Source: Podospora anserina (Eukaryota). From it: a stretch of 64,000 bases of DNA. Below the pieces are notes generated by a model. The model was not told where the DNA came from, ran no database searches, and worked only from the letters and a program-made list of their open reading frames with translations. The DNA is taken from positions 3,844,001 through 3,908,000 of the forward strand of contig CM030338.1 of the NCBI GenBank assembly GCA_017654855.1, written 5' to 3'. This document shows, piece after piece, positions 24,038 to 36,457 of this stretch (the first letter of the stretch is position 1; the number at the start of each line of letters is the position of its first letter). The translations under genes were made by a program, and so were the position numbers.

Positions 24038-24949
24038 TTAGTCTTCTGCATACTTACCAAGTTCAGAATCATGCTTCCATACCCACTCCGATATTTGTGA
24101 GAAATTTCTGCACATGTGGCTTGTCGAGACACGAGCTTCAGGTTGCTGATCGCCAAGATCAGTGTAGAACAAGAGATCGGTGCCACTGTTGCACATCAGC
24201 ACCTGCCGTAGCAAGTCAATACAGTGATCTTGTGGTATTAGCGTAATGTACCTAACATTTGGATTGAGTTGCAGTGATTTTTGTTAACTTACCGACATGC
24301 TTCCACACAATCTCGGGGGGGTTTTGGAAAGTATCAACGTGTTTATAATAGTCTCTCCAAATGTACTTTCGAGTGATGTCCAAACAGTGGAGATGATGGA
24401 AAACCTCAACAGTGGCATAATAGTGATTGTTCACGCCCTTGGTGAGCTTTGTTGTCGGATCAAAATCCTGCAGAGTTTTGTTGTCGACAAGAATCATGGG
24501 ATCTGTTTTGGATATATCGTTGGTCAACTTCGGTAAATAAAAAACACCGTGAGATACATACGATCAACTAATTTGTTCCAAGCTTCATCGAGTTCTTTGC
24601 GCGGCTCCCCTTTATAAACGGAGGCAGCGAAAAGCTCAGCATCGAACTTCACGGGGCTGACCGTCGCTAATTGTTCCAAAGGGTCTTTGGCCTTGATTAG
24701 CATGGGTACATGTGTCGAAGTACGTAGAGCAGAAGCGGATTACTGACAACTCCCTATGAGCCTCGTTTGACGATCGCCATCGCACGACCCCAAGAACTGC
24801 GGCGAACGGAGGCCTGGCTGACGTAAAGCCCAGATATTGAGGAAGATTGCAGTGGAGAAAAGAAACACATGTAGATACACAATGCTGCTCCTCGATCGCT
24901 TAGATGAGGGCATCCCCTTATCAAACTCTTGTAGATGACGGTCGTCCAT
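24038..24949 (-). CDS. DUF3328 / UstYa-family oxidase C (multi-exon)
   Basis: TM helix YLHVFLFSTAIFLNIWAL; YKGEPRKELDEAW; VEVFHHLHCLD; HVDHCIDLLRQVLMCNSG; HMCRNFSQISEWV. Confidence 0.9.
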
Positions 24950-25891
24950 TCTCACCAATATCAAAATGATGTTGTCGATACTCGATACTGGACAGAAGCG
25001 AAGGTGGGATGGGACAATCCAAACATGTGCTGGGATCCGTCCTTGACTACCTCGGTGGGTACCTACGAGATTATGCACCATCATCTACCGACGTTGTCAA
25101 CCACACGGCCTACACCCGCGGCGTGATAATATGAGCCCGCATTTTGCAATGCGTTGCCACCTGCGGGGTGTATTAACCGGTCATCTACCCTGCCGCTCGT
25201 CTGTGGGGGAACAGCACAACACCCCGAATCTCGTTCTTTTCTTGGCACCATGACCGCAACTCAGATGGTAATTACTCCATCAACAGGGACCGTCGAGGCC
25301 TGGAGAGCGATCTTGGTAGGCGCCAGACTCGTTAGATCGTGATATAACATAGCGAAAAAGGAGATGTAATGTATTTATTTGAAGGCGACGTTGTAGCCGG
25401 TGTATGAGGCCAAATTCGGACGGCGGGGCGCTCTCTAAATTAGGATCGGACCAGCGCTGGTAATGGGACAATTTCCTAATCCAATAAATCCTGGCAATCA
25501 ATTCAATTCTCCTAAAAAATTGGGGTTGATTGGATTATTGCATATGTACAGTACGAATGAGTCACCGGGGTGAGATATGGCCTAAGAGCGCCAATCTCTG
25601 TTTTCAGTAAATACGAGCACTGACAATTGTTGAGCTTTTCCGGTGTTTTCTGTGGTACGAGGCGGCCACCAGCCAACTCAAAAAAGCCCACTTCAGCCAG
25701 GTTTAGTCATCAAACAGTACGAATGAGTGGTTTTGATCTTGTACATACAGTGCACAAATACTGTGTGCACGTATCTGACCCTTGCAACGCGCCGACTCAA
25801 TAAGCCAGTGCCAGTGCTCCAACTCCAAACATCGAACGAAAAGCAACAAAACGAAAAACACGCAATATTCTCAACGCAGCAATTCGCAAGC

Positions 25892-27370
25892 ATGACGGCC
25901 CCTTCTCACAACCACGCCAACTACCAGGCGCGCCTTGACTACATTCGGGGACTTTTGGGAGATCACTTTGGTCTTTCTAACGAGGTAAGCACTTCACAAG
26001 GCTGCAATCGAACTTGACAATATGGAGAGTCCAAGGTGGAGTCCAGTCTCCACATACCTATCTAATAATTGGTGAAATCGCAGAACATAGCGGAGACCAA
26101 GATCACACCGATTCAATACGAAGCCGACTTCCCCTTCAAATACAACAACTTCGTCTACCGCCTCGAGGTTCCCGTCGACATATCCGATGACGGTGTTGAG
26201 CTGCCGGGATGCGTCCCCATTCCTGCAGGTGCTAGGGCGTTTATAATGCGCCTCAGCAACGCTGATGCTGAGGGCATGTACCAAGAAACCCGCGTGCAGA
26301 ATGAAGTCGCTATCCTTACCCTCGCCTCGGCGGCTCTTCGCCACATCAAGCCCAACATCGTCCCCCGCGTCTTCGGCTGGGGTGGTGCTAGTCAAGGGCG
26401 TTTGGGCTGGATCTTGCAGGACTTGATGCCCGGAGTACCGCTTGATAACGTGTTTAGCCCAACCGCGTCCCTGGAACAAAAAACCGCGGTTCTGAGGCAG
26501 ATGGCGGCTATTCTGAAGGCACTACAAGACTATCCGCTTCCCAAGAGCATTCAGGGCTGGGGAGGGTTGACTTTTGACAGCAACGGTGCCATTGTCAGCG
26601 CGCCTATGCCTAGCGTCGGTGCCGGGCCATGGTCTTCCCTCGAAAATTCCTACCGAGGCCGACTCAAAGCCGCACTCGACAAGGCAGATAAAAACCCGTA
26701 TCTAAAGGGATGGCGGCCGAACGACATCAGAGACCGTGTCGATGATTTCATCGAGCGTGGCTTATCAGCACAATTCTCTGACCTGACATCTAGCCATGAC
26801 AGGGCTATTATACACGCAGATTTCAGTAAGTCTTTTGTTCAATGTAACCTCCCTAGCGCTAACCTGAAGGTAAAAGCCTCGGACAATCTCCTCCACGACC
26901 CTGCGACAGGCCTAGTCACAGCGCTCCTCGACTACGACTTCAGCACTATTCTACACCCTGCCTACGAGTTCTTCCGCTCTTTTAGTCCCAACGGCGGTCG
27001 ATTTACTGGCTGGATCGCCGACTCAGACCCAGAGGGACAAGAGTTGTTAGAACTTCGGAGAGCCAAGCTGACCGGAAAGTTTCCTTCACCTCTTCCAACA
27101 CCTAGAGAGACTCCCAATGGTCCAGGGGTTGATTGGGAACTTGCGCAGGCGTGGGAGAATGAGCTGCAGAGAATAAATGTCAAGCGGCCTAGCACCATTC
27201 AGGGCATCGACAAACTTGCTGATGTAGACGAGCTCTTGGGATCCCTGACACCCTGGAGATTGATCAATACTGACTTTCTGAGGATGAATACGGATGAGGG
27301 CCAGAGAATGGCTTTGAGACGTATGGGTGAAGAGCAGCTTGTAGCCGTGTTGGATCATCTTGGGTTCTAG
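25892..27370 (+). CDS. Aminoglycoside phosphotransferase (APH)/kinase-like protein
   Basis: YNNFVYRL, RVQNEVAIL, VPRVFGW, WILQDLMPGVPL, IIHADF, intron, DNLLHD...TALLDYDF. Confidence 0.85.
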
Positions 27371-27645
27371 AAATAATTGATAGTACGTTACGGATCGTCT
27401 TAAGCGAGCCGGCGGAATTGACATGAATATTTGCTCCCCAGCCCAGAAACCTATCACAGTACAAGTACTCCCCCCCGCATAGACGGAATGCCAAGAGGAT
27501 GTCGGCTGAAACCACATTGCTCCCTCGTGGACTGGTGTTCATTCCTCCCCTCCATTCATATACAACACCCTGCCCGCCCGTAGTTGCCCGCGCCCGTGAC
27601 ATCCGTTCCTTTCTTCATTTACATCGTTTTCCAAAAGCTTCCAAA

Positions 27646-28697
27646 ATGTCATACGCGTCCTCACAAGCGCCCCATACTCCAAAGCTCTCGGGGACACACG
27701 GGCCAACTGAACAATCCGAGGAGGTCAAACCCCACGACGTCACCACCATCTTGAATTACTTCAAAGATAATGACGATGACTCAGCCGCCATACAGAGGAC
27801 GGTCGATAGCGGAGCAGAAACATACGCCAGTAAATTCGAGCCGCAAAAAAGCGTCATCCATGACATCCGTGGTAACGAGTCTCAATACACTTTAGATGTT
27901 CAGGGATTCCAAATCGTTGGCCATGATAGCAAGGAAAAGTGTTTTCTCGATGACGAGCATGTTCGAAACATCTACTACCCCGAAACAGAAGAACTACTGA
28001 AGAAAGTGTAAGTCAACATTCTATATAGAGAAGTTTAGATAGATATATACTTATAGATGTCGGGTAAATCAGCACTGGGGCTTCCAAAGTCTTCATCTTC
28101 AACCACACCATCCGCGGCGGTCCTCTCAGCAAGGCCCACCGCCACCGCGGTCCTGTTCACCGAGTCCACATCGACGTATCATATGTCGGGGCCCACAGGC
28201 GCGTCTCTCATTATTTCCGTGATAACGAAGCCAGGCTTGCTGCTCTGCTCAAAGGACGGTACCAAATCATCAATGTCTGGCGGCCTATCAAGAATATCTT
28301 GAAAGACCCTCTTTGTGTCGCAGACGCTGGCTCTGTTCCAGAATCAGACTTGGTTCCAATCAAATTGCTTTTTCCCCCAGATGTTGTGACGGCAATGACG
28401 ACGAGTGAACCGATTCATTCCGTGATGGGGGCAGCAGCAAATCCGAAGCACAAGGTAGATAGTACGGATGGAGAGACATTTTCTGTGAGAGCGAATCCGG
28501 GGCACATGTGGTATTATCTGTATAGACAGGCGACCGACGAAGTGTTGTTGATCAAGTGTTTTGACTCCAAGACGGACGGGAGCGTAGCTCGGAGGGCGCC
28601 GCATACGGCCTTTGTGAACAAGGAGCATGAGGATGAGCCTGAGAGGGAGAGTATTGAATTGAGAACGCTCGTGTTCTATTCGGATGACACTGAGTGA
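27646..28697 (+). CDS. AsaB/CmcJ/GA4-desaturase-like putative Fe(II)/2-oxoglutarate hydroxylase-desaturase
   Basis: IHDIRG..YTLDVQGF, YYPETEELLK, FNHTIR, VHRVHID, RYQIINVWRPI, PLCVAD, WYYL...KCFDS, PHTAF, RESIELR. Confidence 0.85.
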
Positions 28698-30586
28698 GAG
28701 TTGGGGGGAGGATAAGCCCGCAGGCGGAATAGGCTGAATACAAACTTTTTTACGTATTTAAATAGCTCCAAGAAGGCGAGGGCTGGAGTCCATCGGGTTA
28801 TGGAGCGGGAAAATACACGCCAGATGTACAAACCAACACGCTCACACAACAAGGCTAATCGGCGGGATGACGGATGGATACTTAGTACATGTTCAAGAAC
28901 ACAGTGTGCGTTCTATGCTTAATCTAAGATTCATTTCGATGTGACAGGTGTGATTAACCTCAAGTTTGCTCACCCTGCTCAGGGCCTTGCTCACCCAGCT
29001 CAGGGCCCCACCCAAGGCGATGGACTGTAGGTTAGCTCAGCATCTCGGATACAGGAAAGATGATGCCTTATCAACTTGATGTAGTGGTAGTCCCCTCAGT
29101 GGATGAGAGTGAGCTACAACCATTTGTCGCAGGTTGATCAAGTTTGGCCGCTGGCGGAAGACTAACCCCGGCGCCGATGAGGGATGAGACCGGGCTGAGA
29201 GGGAGTCAGTTAGATGCCCAAGTGGACAAGTGACTGTAGTTAAGTGTGGGAGTTTAGAGACTTGCTGGAGATTAACTTCGAAGTCTAAAGTGGCGTCGGT
29301 GAGTAGCATTTGCGGCTTAGGTAAGTCGGGCGTCAAAGAACTTGTCTTATGTGTCATAAAGCATGAGTTAAATGCCTTACGCTGATGATGTGGCGTAAGA
29401 CTTAAGCTTAGCGTTTAGAGCAAGCTTTTCATTAAATGGAAAGAGTCCTGAGTCCTGATAAATATCTCCCATCCACCAAAAGATAGCCTTTCCCGACACA
29501 CCACATATATACAAACCCCCAAAGCAGCACTTCGACAAAGAAACCACCCTGGCAACGTCGAGCCAATCATGGCGCTGGAGGAACTGGAAGAGCGCGTCAC
29601 GCTAGTAAACAACATCGAAAGGACGCTAATATAAACAAATTTTCCAAGGGTTAAAGGACCGGCGAAACCTAAAGACCATCTGCTAGACGAGACATTCATG
29701 ATGCTGGTGATGGTCACCCCGTTGCCGTCGCTAAAGAAACAGAAGAAGCTTTTGGAGTAATGAGTGCGGAGTCAGTTTAAGGAGGGCTGTCCCGCATCAC
29801 GTGAAGCTTCTGACAGCTGTGGTGCCCCACCAAACCGCCAAAGCAGGTCGAGATTTGAGGTTTGCGACACAGTTGCCGAGCGCTGGGAAAGGGGCGCCAG
29901 AACGCCACATTGTAACGAGGAGGAGAAATTTCACTTCTATTTACCAAATTCTACGTTTTGAGTTGCTAATTCTAATGTTAATTGTCACTTGTGTTCCTAA
30001 AAATACGCTTGAACGACCCCTCTCTCGTCGGTTCGATACTCTCCAGTGACTCAATCGGCGAGCTTCGGCCGCAATTACCAACGCTCACCTCCAACGCCCG
30101 TCGACGCGATACAATAAGCCTTCAACGACGTGCGACCTCCCTAAGCATCCCCCCTTGGGTACTAAAACGAAGCACTTGCATTAACTCGATTAAAGAATAA
30201 GGCTGGGCGTACCGAAAGCTGGCTATGGAGGATTTGGAGGGGTCCCATCTACTTCGCCAACCTTGTCCTATCTCACACCCCCACCTGATTTCTCCGCCAT
30301 CCCACTAGAGGTGGTTGTATCGTTCAAGAGTGTCTTGAAGGCTGGGTTAAAACGAAGAGACAAACGGTACTTAATATACAAATAACGTATAAAAAGCTGG
30401 CAGTTTTTCATTATTTTTTCTCCTTCCGAGGGCAACGTTTAGATTAGAGAAGTAAGTTCGATTCAATTTATGGTTTGTTTTTATTATGCCTGAAGTTTTG
30501 AGAAGGGTTTTTATTATGCCTGAAGTTTTAAAAAGAGTTTCCATTATCTTAATTTAAAGCTAATTAAAATAATCTATCGAACTTTA

Positions 30587-31059
30587 TGTTACAACCTGCA
30601 CCAGGAATGGATACAGACTGCAAGGCAGTACGCCAGAGGTGAATATGACAGGATGATCGAAGGTTGTGACAAGCGTCTCAGACACGGGTTCACTGTCAAC
30701 AACAGGTTGTTCTAACAAAGAGCTACTGAGAGTAGATTGTAGACAAATGAACTTGAATTGCTTGCATGAGGAATCAGATTCCTCGACACGGGGAGCGCCC
30801 GGCGCTCCCCCCTATTTATATTAAACTATCTATATATATTTCTGAAGTATCTTTGTACCTTGCTTAGTGTGCTCAGTGTGCTCAGTGTGCTCAGTGGTCT
30901 TGGCGCACTGAGCAGACTGAGCAGACTGAGCAACTCCTAATTGGTTGCACGGGGGCTGGTGGGTCTTTCCATCCTGGCCCAATGATTGGCTGAGGTGCCC
31001 AGCACCTCGGGTACCACCCAGTGGTTCCTGTACAGGGGTATTACGCTTGGGGCGTAACA
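30587..31059 (-). mobile_element. Solo LTR (473 bp), copy 2, inverted relative to copy 1
   Basis: Reverse complement of 17820-18292; the ORF-track translations over both copies are identical. Flanks CTTTA / TCACG, no TSD. Confidence 0.85.
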
Positions 31060-31183
31060 TCACGGTATCTTGTGTTTACATTGAGACATCTTGTTGTGCA
31101 CTGTTTAGCTGCACCGAACCAATTGTCAGAAGTTACCTTCAACCAGTATCCCTTTCAGAGGTTCTGTACAGGGGTTCGTCACA
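31060..31183. mobile_element. Terminal fragment of the LTR-like family seen at 5913-6557, abutted by the 473-bp LTR
   Basis: CACTGTTTAGCTGCACCGAACC...CCCTTTCAGAGGTTCTGTACAGGGGTTCGTCACA is similar to 6385-6471. Confidence 0.7.
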
Positions 31184-31784
31184 CTAAGGCTTTCTTAACG
31201 AAGGATCTATTAAACGATAAGGTTTTTTTAGCCTTAAGTAAGCCGCTGTTGATTTTCATAGGCCTGTTTGTAAACCTGGGTTCCTAAGATACGGTGCCTC
31301 AGTGTAGAACGTGGAACCCCGTGCTTGTCGGACGCTTGGCGCTGGCTCATACCAGTAATGTCACGGCCTGGGTGGTAAAGTCTGAGACAAGGCAACAGTT
31401 ATACCAACCAATTGATTGAAATACTAAGGTAAAGAAGAAAAGAGGAAAAATATCACAACGGCTGTTTGCCTGCAGGGCCTTTACCACACTTCTCCTCCAG
31501 TCTGCCAGTGCCAGGCTAGTGTCAGGCCAGTGCCGTGACAAGTAAGAATGTCTTGTTCGGCATTTGCGAGATCTTCCTCGGTATATTTGGCCATTTATGG
31601 GTACCTGAAGCAAAAAAAAGAAAAAGAAATGGTCCATTTTTGACCTCTGGGGGTGGAATATAAAGTTGGGGGGGCCTTTCGGAGGTCCAGGGTTGTTGAG
31701 GGTTTAGTGTGGAAAATGGCACTGGTAAGTTCAGGCCAATGTGGGCCACCTCTGTGGGTGGGCCATTTCCTGGTCATCCAACCT
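31184..31784 (+). mobile_element. DNA transposon right-end remnant
   Basis: Ends with the same 31-bp putative TIR as 19052-19082, followed by A (..CCTA). Left boundary is approximate. Confidence 0.5.
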
Positions 31785-32401
31785 ACTTTCTATTCTTATT
31801 GAGGCACCGGATTGTTACCTTTAACGGACAGTTTATCAAGTCTTTTTTCATCGCACGAATCTCTATTACCCTTAGTGGGGCCTCCACTGCCGCAGCATAT
31901 CGTATGACTGTTGGGGACGAACTTCTAAATAGACTGGTGCCGTCGGTGGTTGATGCATCTGGGCCTCATTTAGATTGGTTAAAATGGGAAGTGAGTCAAT
32001 AGAATAGGTGTCCTGTTGCAACCGTTGGGATAGGGAGAGTGGCGAGGAAGCCGAGGGTGATTGTTTCATGACGTCGGGACTTGATGTTAGTGTCCAGGTT
32101 ACGAAGACAGAGGCGAGGGTGAGGAGCCAACAACAGATATTACCAGGGTCGTAGAAGGATGACACTAGGGACGGACTGTCATTGTGATTATCTTTCGATA
32201 CCTAGGGACGTGTTGATACTGATTCGAGACCAGTGTTGAGGAAAAGGCCGCAATGAACAAGAAGTCAAAGTATTGGAATAATGGACTTTAAAGGATTTTA
32301 CTGAGGGTTTCAGATCAGCTGATCAGAAAACCATTCTGTATTTGTTCCTGCTGGAAATTCCGGTTCCCTAAATTGAGTTAGTAGCGGTCCTGCGGTTGAA
32401 G

Positions 32402-33930
32402 ATGCAGTTGGTGGCGGTTTTCGGCGACTGTAATATTGTCTTTGATCCCAATACTACTACCTCTTCCCCAGCAGTCTTTGAGCTTGGTGCGGTCAATAAA
32501 ACTCATCTATTGGAAGCCGATCCAGATATTGCTGGAACAGGTGTAAGTTGGCATAATCTGGCTTCACGCTTGAGTGTATGAGCTAGCTGAACGATATCGC
32601 TTACAACTGCTGGTCACAGGTGCTGTGGGCGTTCTGGGGGCCCAACATTGCCATTCTGGGATTGTGTTTTCTAATTATCTTGTTCCGGATTGAGTTTCTT
32701 TACAACGAGAAATTGGATCGGTTAGTTTGTGCTTTTCTCGTACTTGGTCAATATACCTCAGTTTGCTGACATGAACATACTACTAGTGAAACGGTTTCTT
32801 GGAGGCCAATTACCACACCTGTCAAAAAGGCGTGGAGCCACGTTACTTCCGGTAGACAGACTCACAGAAGACCGGCATCAAACCAGTTGCCTGTGCATTC
32901 ACGGCGAGATACCCAGGCCCAGCACCAGGCGGTTCCCTCTGCCTCTGTAAACGTTGCGAGTTTCATTGCCGACCAGGGCCACCATGACGGTAGCATGACT
33001 ATGAAGTATTCTTCTGTAGCACCACTCCCAGCATTCTATTCACACCCAGCCTCCCCAGCTCAGCCAAACTCATTCACGCCCTACACCCCTACACCGACAT
33101 CCCAGCCCGCAAGGCCATCCACCCCTCCGTCTTTCACACCCTACACCCCTACAGCAACCTTCGAACCCTCAAGATCATCCACCCCGCCACCACCACGCAC
33201 TCCCAGTCCTCAAAAACAAGAACCATCTCCCCACACAAGTGAGGTCAACATTCCCGACACTGCCACCACCAAAACTCGTGCCTCCCCGAGACCCCGAACG
33301 AAATCCGAGATTTTGTACGACCTCTTTGAGGCTGCTCTCCTCTCCATCTCCGACTCCCAACTCCTTCTAAGCGTCGCCCAAATGATCAACTTTGCCATTT
33401 CGGGCCTCTGCACCACCTCCCGATACCATGTCAACATCGGCCTTCACCTAGTTCTCATCTCCTGCTGGAGCTGTCTCATATCCATCTCCCTTCTCCGGAA
33501 CTTCTGGAAGAACCCCGCCACAGCATTTTTCCGCGTTGCGGCACTGGCTGTGCTGATGGGGACTAGTGGAACCCTGATTTTGAGTGACCGGTATGGCGTC
33601 TTTGCTGACGCAGAGTACACGGCTGAATATCGACCTCCTCCCGTCCACGAGCGAAACAGCAGTCTCCTTTTCTTACCAGCGGCCTGCTTCATTGATAAGC
33701 AGCTTCACACCGAGACGTTCAACTACATCAAAGACCAGCCAACATTGTTGGCGGCTGTTGGTGCTGCAGATACCAAGACCATGAGGTCGGAGACGGTCCT
33801 TTGGGGCCTTATTATTCCAGTTACTATCATTTGTGTCATTGTTTCATACTTTCAGATTCTTTCTCAGCCCCCTACCACCGATATCCCAAAAGCCGTCCAG
33901 ATCTTACAGGATTATAGTATATTGCCTTGA
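32402..33930 (+). CDS. Fungal multi-pass membrane hypothetical protein, possibly 3'-truncated
   Basis: Exon 1 ends LEADPDIAGTG; later ISDSQLLLSVA...SRYHVNIG motifs and several TM helices; Pro/Ser/Thr-rich insert. Confidence 0.6.
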
Positions 33931-36457
33931 TATCAAAGATTCCAAAACCTGGGATTTGTGGCTGGGCTAGAGGGAGCAAACAACTATATACCTGAGGTGA
34001 GGGCCTGGGCTGTGCCGCAGTAATGAGCCAAGTCCAGCACAAACGCGTACGGACATCCAAGCGTGATCCAGTCGTTCAGCTGAATCCTTAGCAAAACGCA
34101 TTCCTTGCGATGGCACACAGATGATCATGATCTCGGCTTTAAAGATCGGAGTGGTAAGTGTCCAGATATATAAAGAGCTATGCTTCATAATTATTCCGTC
34201 TGAGAGCCTGAAAATACGAGCTCGATGTACCGAAGTACCTATATTTTTTACCGCCCGTTTTATTTTCGATTTTTATTTTCTGTCGGCGCTTATATGCTTC
34301 AGGTTCATTGGAAGACTGAGGGGTGTGAATGTAGAAGATAGGGAGAGAAATCTTCCTCAGTTTTTGGCAGTATGTCTTCCGAAATCTGCATTAGATTTCC
34401 CTGGAAATGACAGTCTGGGTGCATATTACTCATTTGCAGTACCAATTACCAGGTAGTTTATCCACGACGTGCTATATCATCCCTTCTTCAAGGCAAACAT
34501 CGTAGATCTTCATTACAGGTTATCCAAACAAGCTTTTGATATTCCACAAAGCCCTGACACTTGCTTTGAAATCCTTGTTATTATTACACTATCACTGTTC
34601 AACGTACCACTAACAGATCAGAAATAACGACACGTCAGGTGTAACAGTAAAATAATAGAGACAATTACTATGAATCAAAAGGCTTAAAGATGCTTGAGAA
34701 CCCACTGGGATGTCAAATAGACTTTTAGTCATACAATAGCCCTTGAAAGATGGTCTAAGGCTTTCAGCATTTCCCATCAGCATTTCTCCAACTTAATGGC
34801 TTTATTGTGCCGAACGTTTCAGATTTTCTAGACTTCAACTACAACCACATCAAACGGATGCATATATCATACACCAAGAATATCTTTTGAAGCGGGATCG
34901 TCGGCCCGACTCAGTTCACCGGCAGGCAAGACAATACACCCCTAGACGCGCTTCTGCCAGAGTTTCGCCTCATAGTGTCGTATTGACAGGAGAAAGGTGC
35001 ACCTGTAGCATAGGACCTGCATACCGGTCCTTCCCTTCCATCAATCAGTGAACAGTGGTCCTCAAGTCCTGGTTCGGTCGCTTGTTCACCGAGTCGCTCG
35101 CTTATTTTTCTCATCCCGCCCCTCCAATTCGTAGAAGTCTTCAACTAGACCTCGCCTACTCATCGGCTCCGTCTGCTGCAGCACTCCAAAGCTCTTCACC
35201 CGTAATGACAGGATCTGTCCCCAAAGCCTCGGTGATCTTCCGGAGTGAATGCGCTTTCCCAAGGAAAGATCATCCTTTTCCCGCTGCACACCACTCGAGC
35301 GTCATGGTGGCCAAGAAAATAGCACACGGAGCCAAAGGTGATCTGCCGGCCATTCCCCTCCATCCCATTTTGGTCTTTAGTCTAGGTTCTCGGTCGGTTG
35401 ACCATCCATCGACCTCCTCGCATGGTTTCAGGAGGTGTACCCTCACTGCAGAGACAGACAGCACACAACCAGATTTGTTAAAAGCAGATTCTGCACTGCG
35501 CTTACCATTGCATGCCAATCTCCTTTTTCCCACATGAAACCTTTGCCTGCCAAAAGAAAAAACCTGGAAATTCCCGTCTTCTTCAATGGTTCTTTTTCAG
35601 CCACACCCAGAATTCGATCTTCAAATGTCATCACCCGCTTACTTACCCAATGCAACTCTTGATAATTCATATCCTTTTTTCCTGCAAATTCAGCACTTAA
35701 TGGATATGTTCCAGTCTTGGAAGCACAGGATACGGTAATGATCATCACTGCCATCTCACCTCACCCGCCCACCTGGGTCGCATCAACCGCGGCCTGATTC
35801 TCGTGTGACCGACTCGGTATCTCCCGCAAAGAAATCTGACAGTCCGCGCCGCAACAGTCTGCTGTGCTTTGCGGGGTAAGAAAAGAGGTTGGGATTCGCG
35901 ATGGATGGATCAATCCCAGCAGCTCATCAGGATTCTCACTCAGCAGGCATCTTGAAAATCTCGGGGTCAATCGTCAGTTCATATCAGGAAAATCCATCGA
36001 CAATCATTTGAGCAAGGGGAACCTGCAATGACCCCTGGCACCAGACCTCCGGTGCGCTTTCCACGCCGTCTCCGAGACCTGGGGAGTGGCTCTATCTATG
36101 ACAATGCCATTTATTCGCTTTCGCCTCTGCATTCACATTACGTTACATTTTTGCATGTCACAAGTGGATCTTGAACGCCAGTCATCACCGTTGCATTTCT
36201 TCAAGTGTTTTTTTTTCCCATGAAGCAAAAAAAATGAGAAGCCTGCTGCATAGCTGTATCATCATGTGGTTATACTTTTGCTGATTCGTCCAAAAGAGCG
36301 GGTATCACCATGTGAATGTATCTAAACGACAGGAATAGTAGGTATAAAGTGTGTACGTGTATGTGGCATCCAGAAAGAACCAGAAATTGCGTGGCCTTCA
36401 TGTATTTATATCCACCCTCAAAATAGTAAAAGAAGAGAAAAGCAAAAAATCAACTTT

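Noticed and set aside
28969-30535. Short local tandem duplications (~21 bp at 28969, ~31 bp at 30480) and short ORFs
   Set aside because: Ordinary slippage duplications in degenerate intergenic DNA with no supporting structure.
17820-31059. Intact composite transposon or Starship carrying the cluster
   Set aside because: No transposase, integrase or tyrosine-recombinase captain gene inside, and no outer target-site duplication.
33930-35800. Possible meiotic-drive (Spok-like) or NLR pseudogene
   Set aside because: No recognisable coiled-coil, nuclease, kinase or NACHT motifs in the parts translated by eye; a BLASTx search would be needed.
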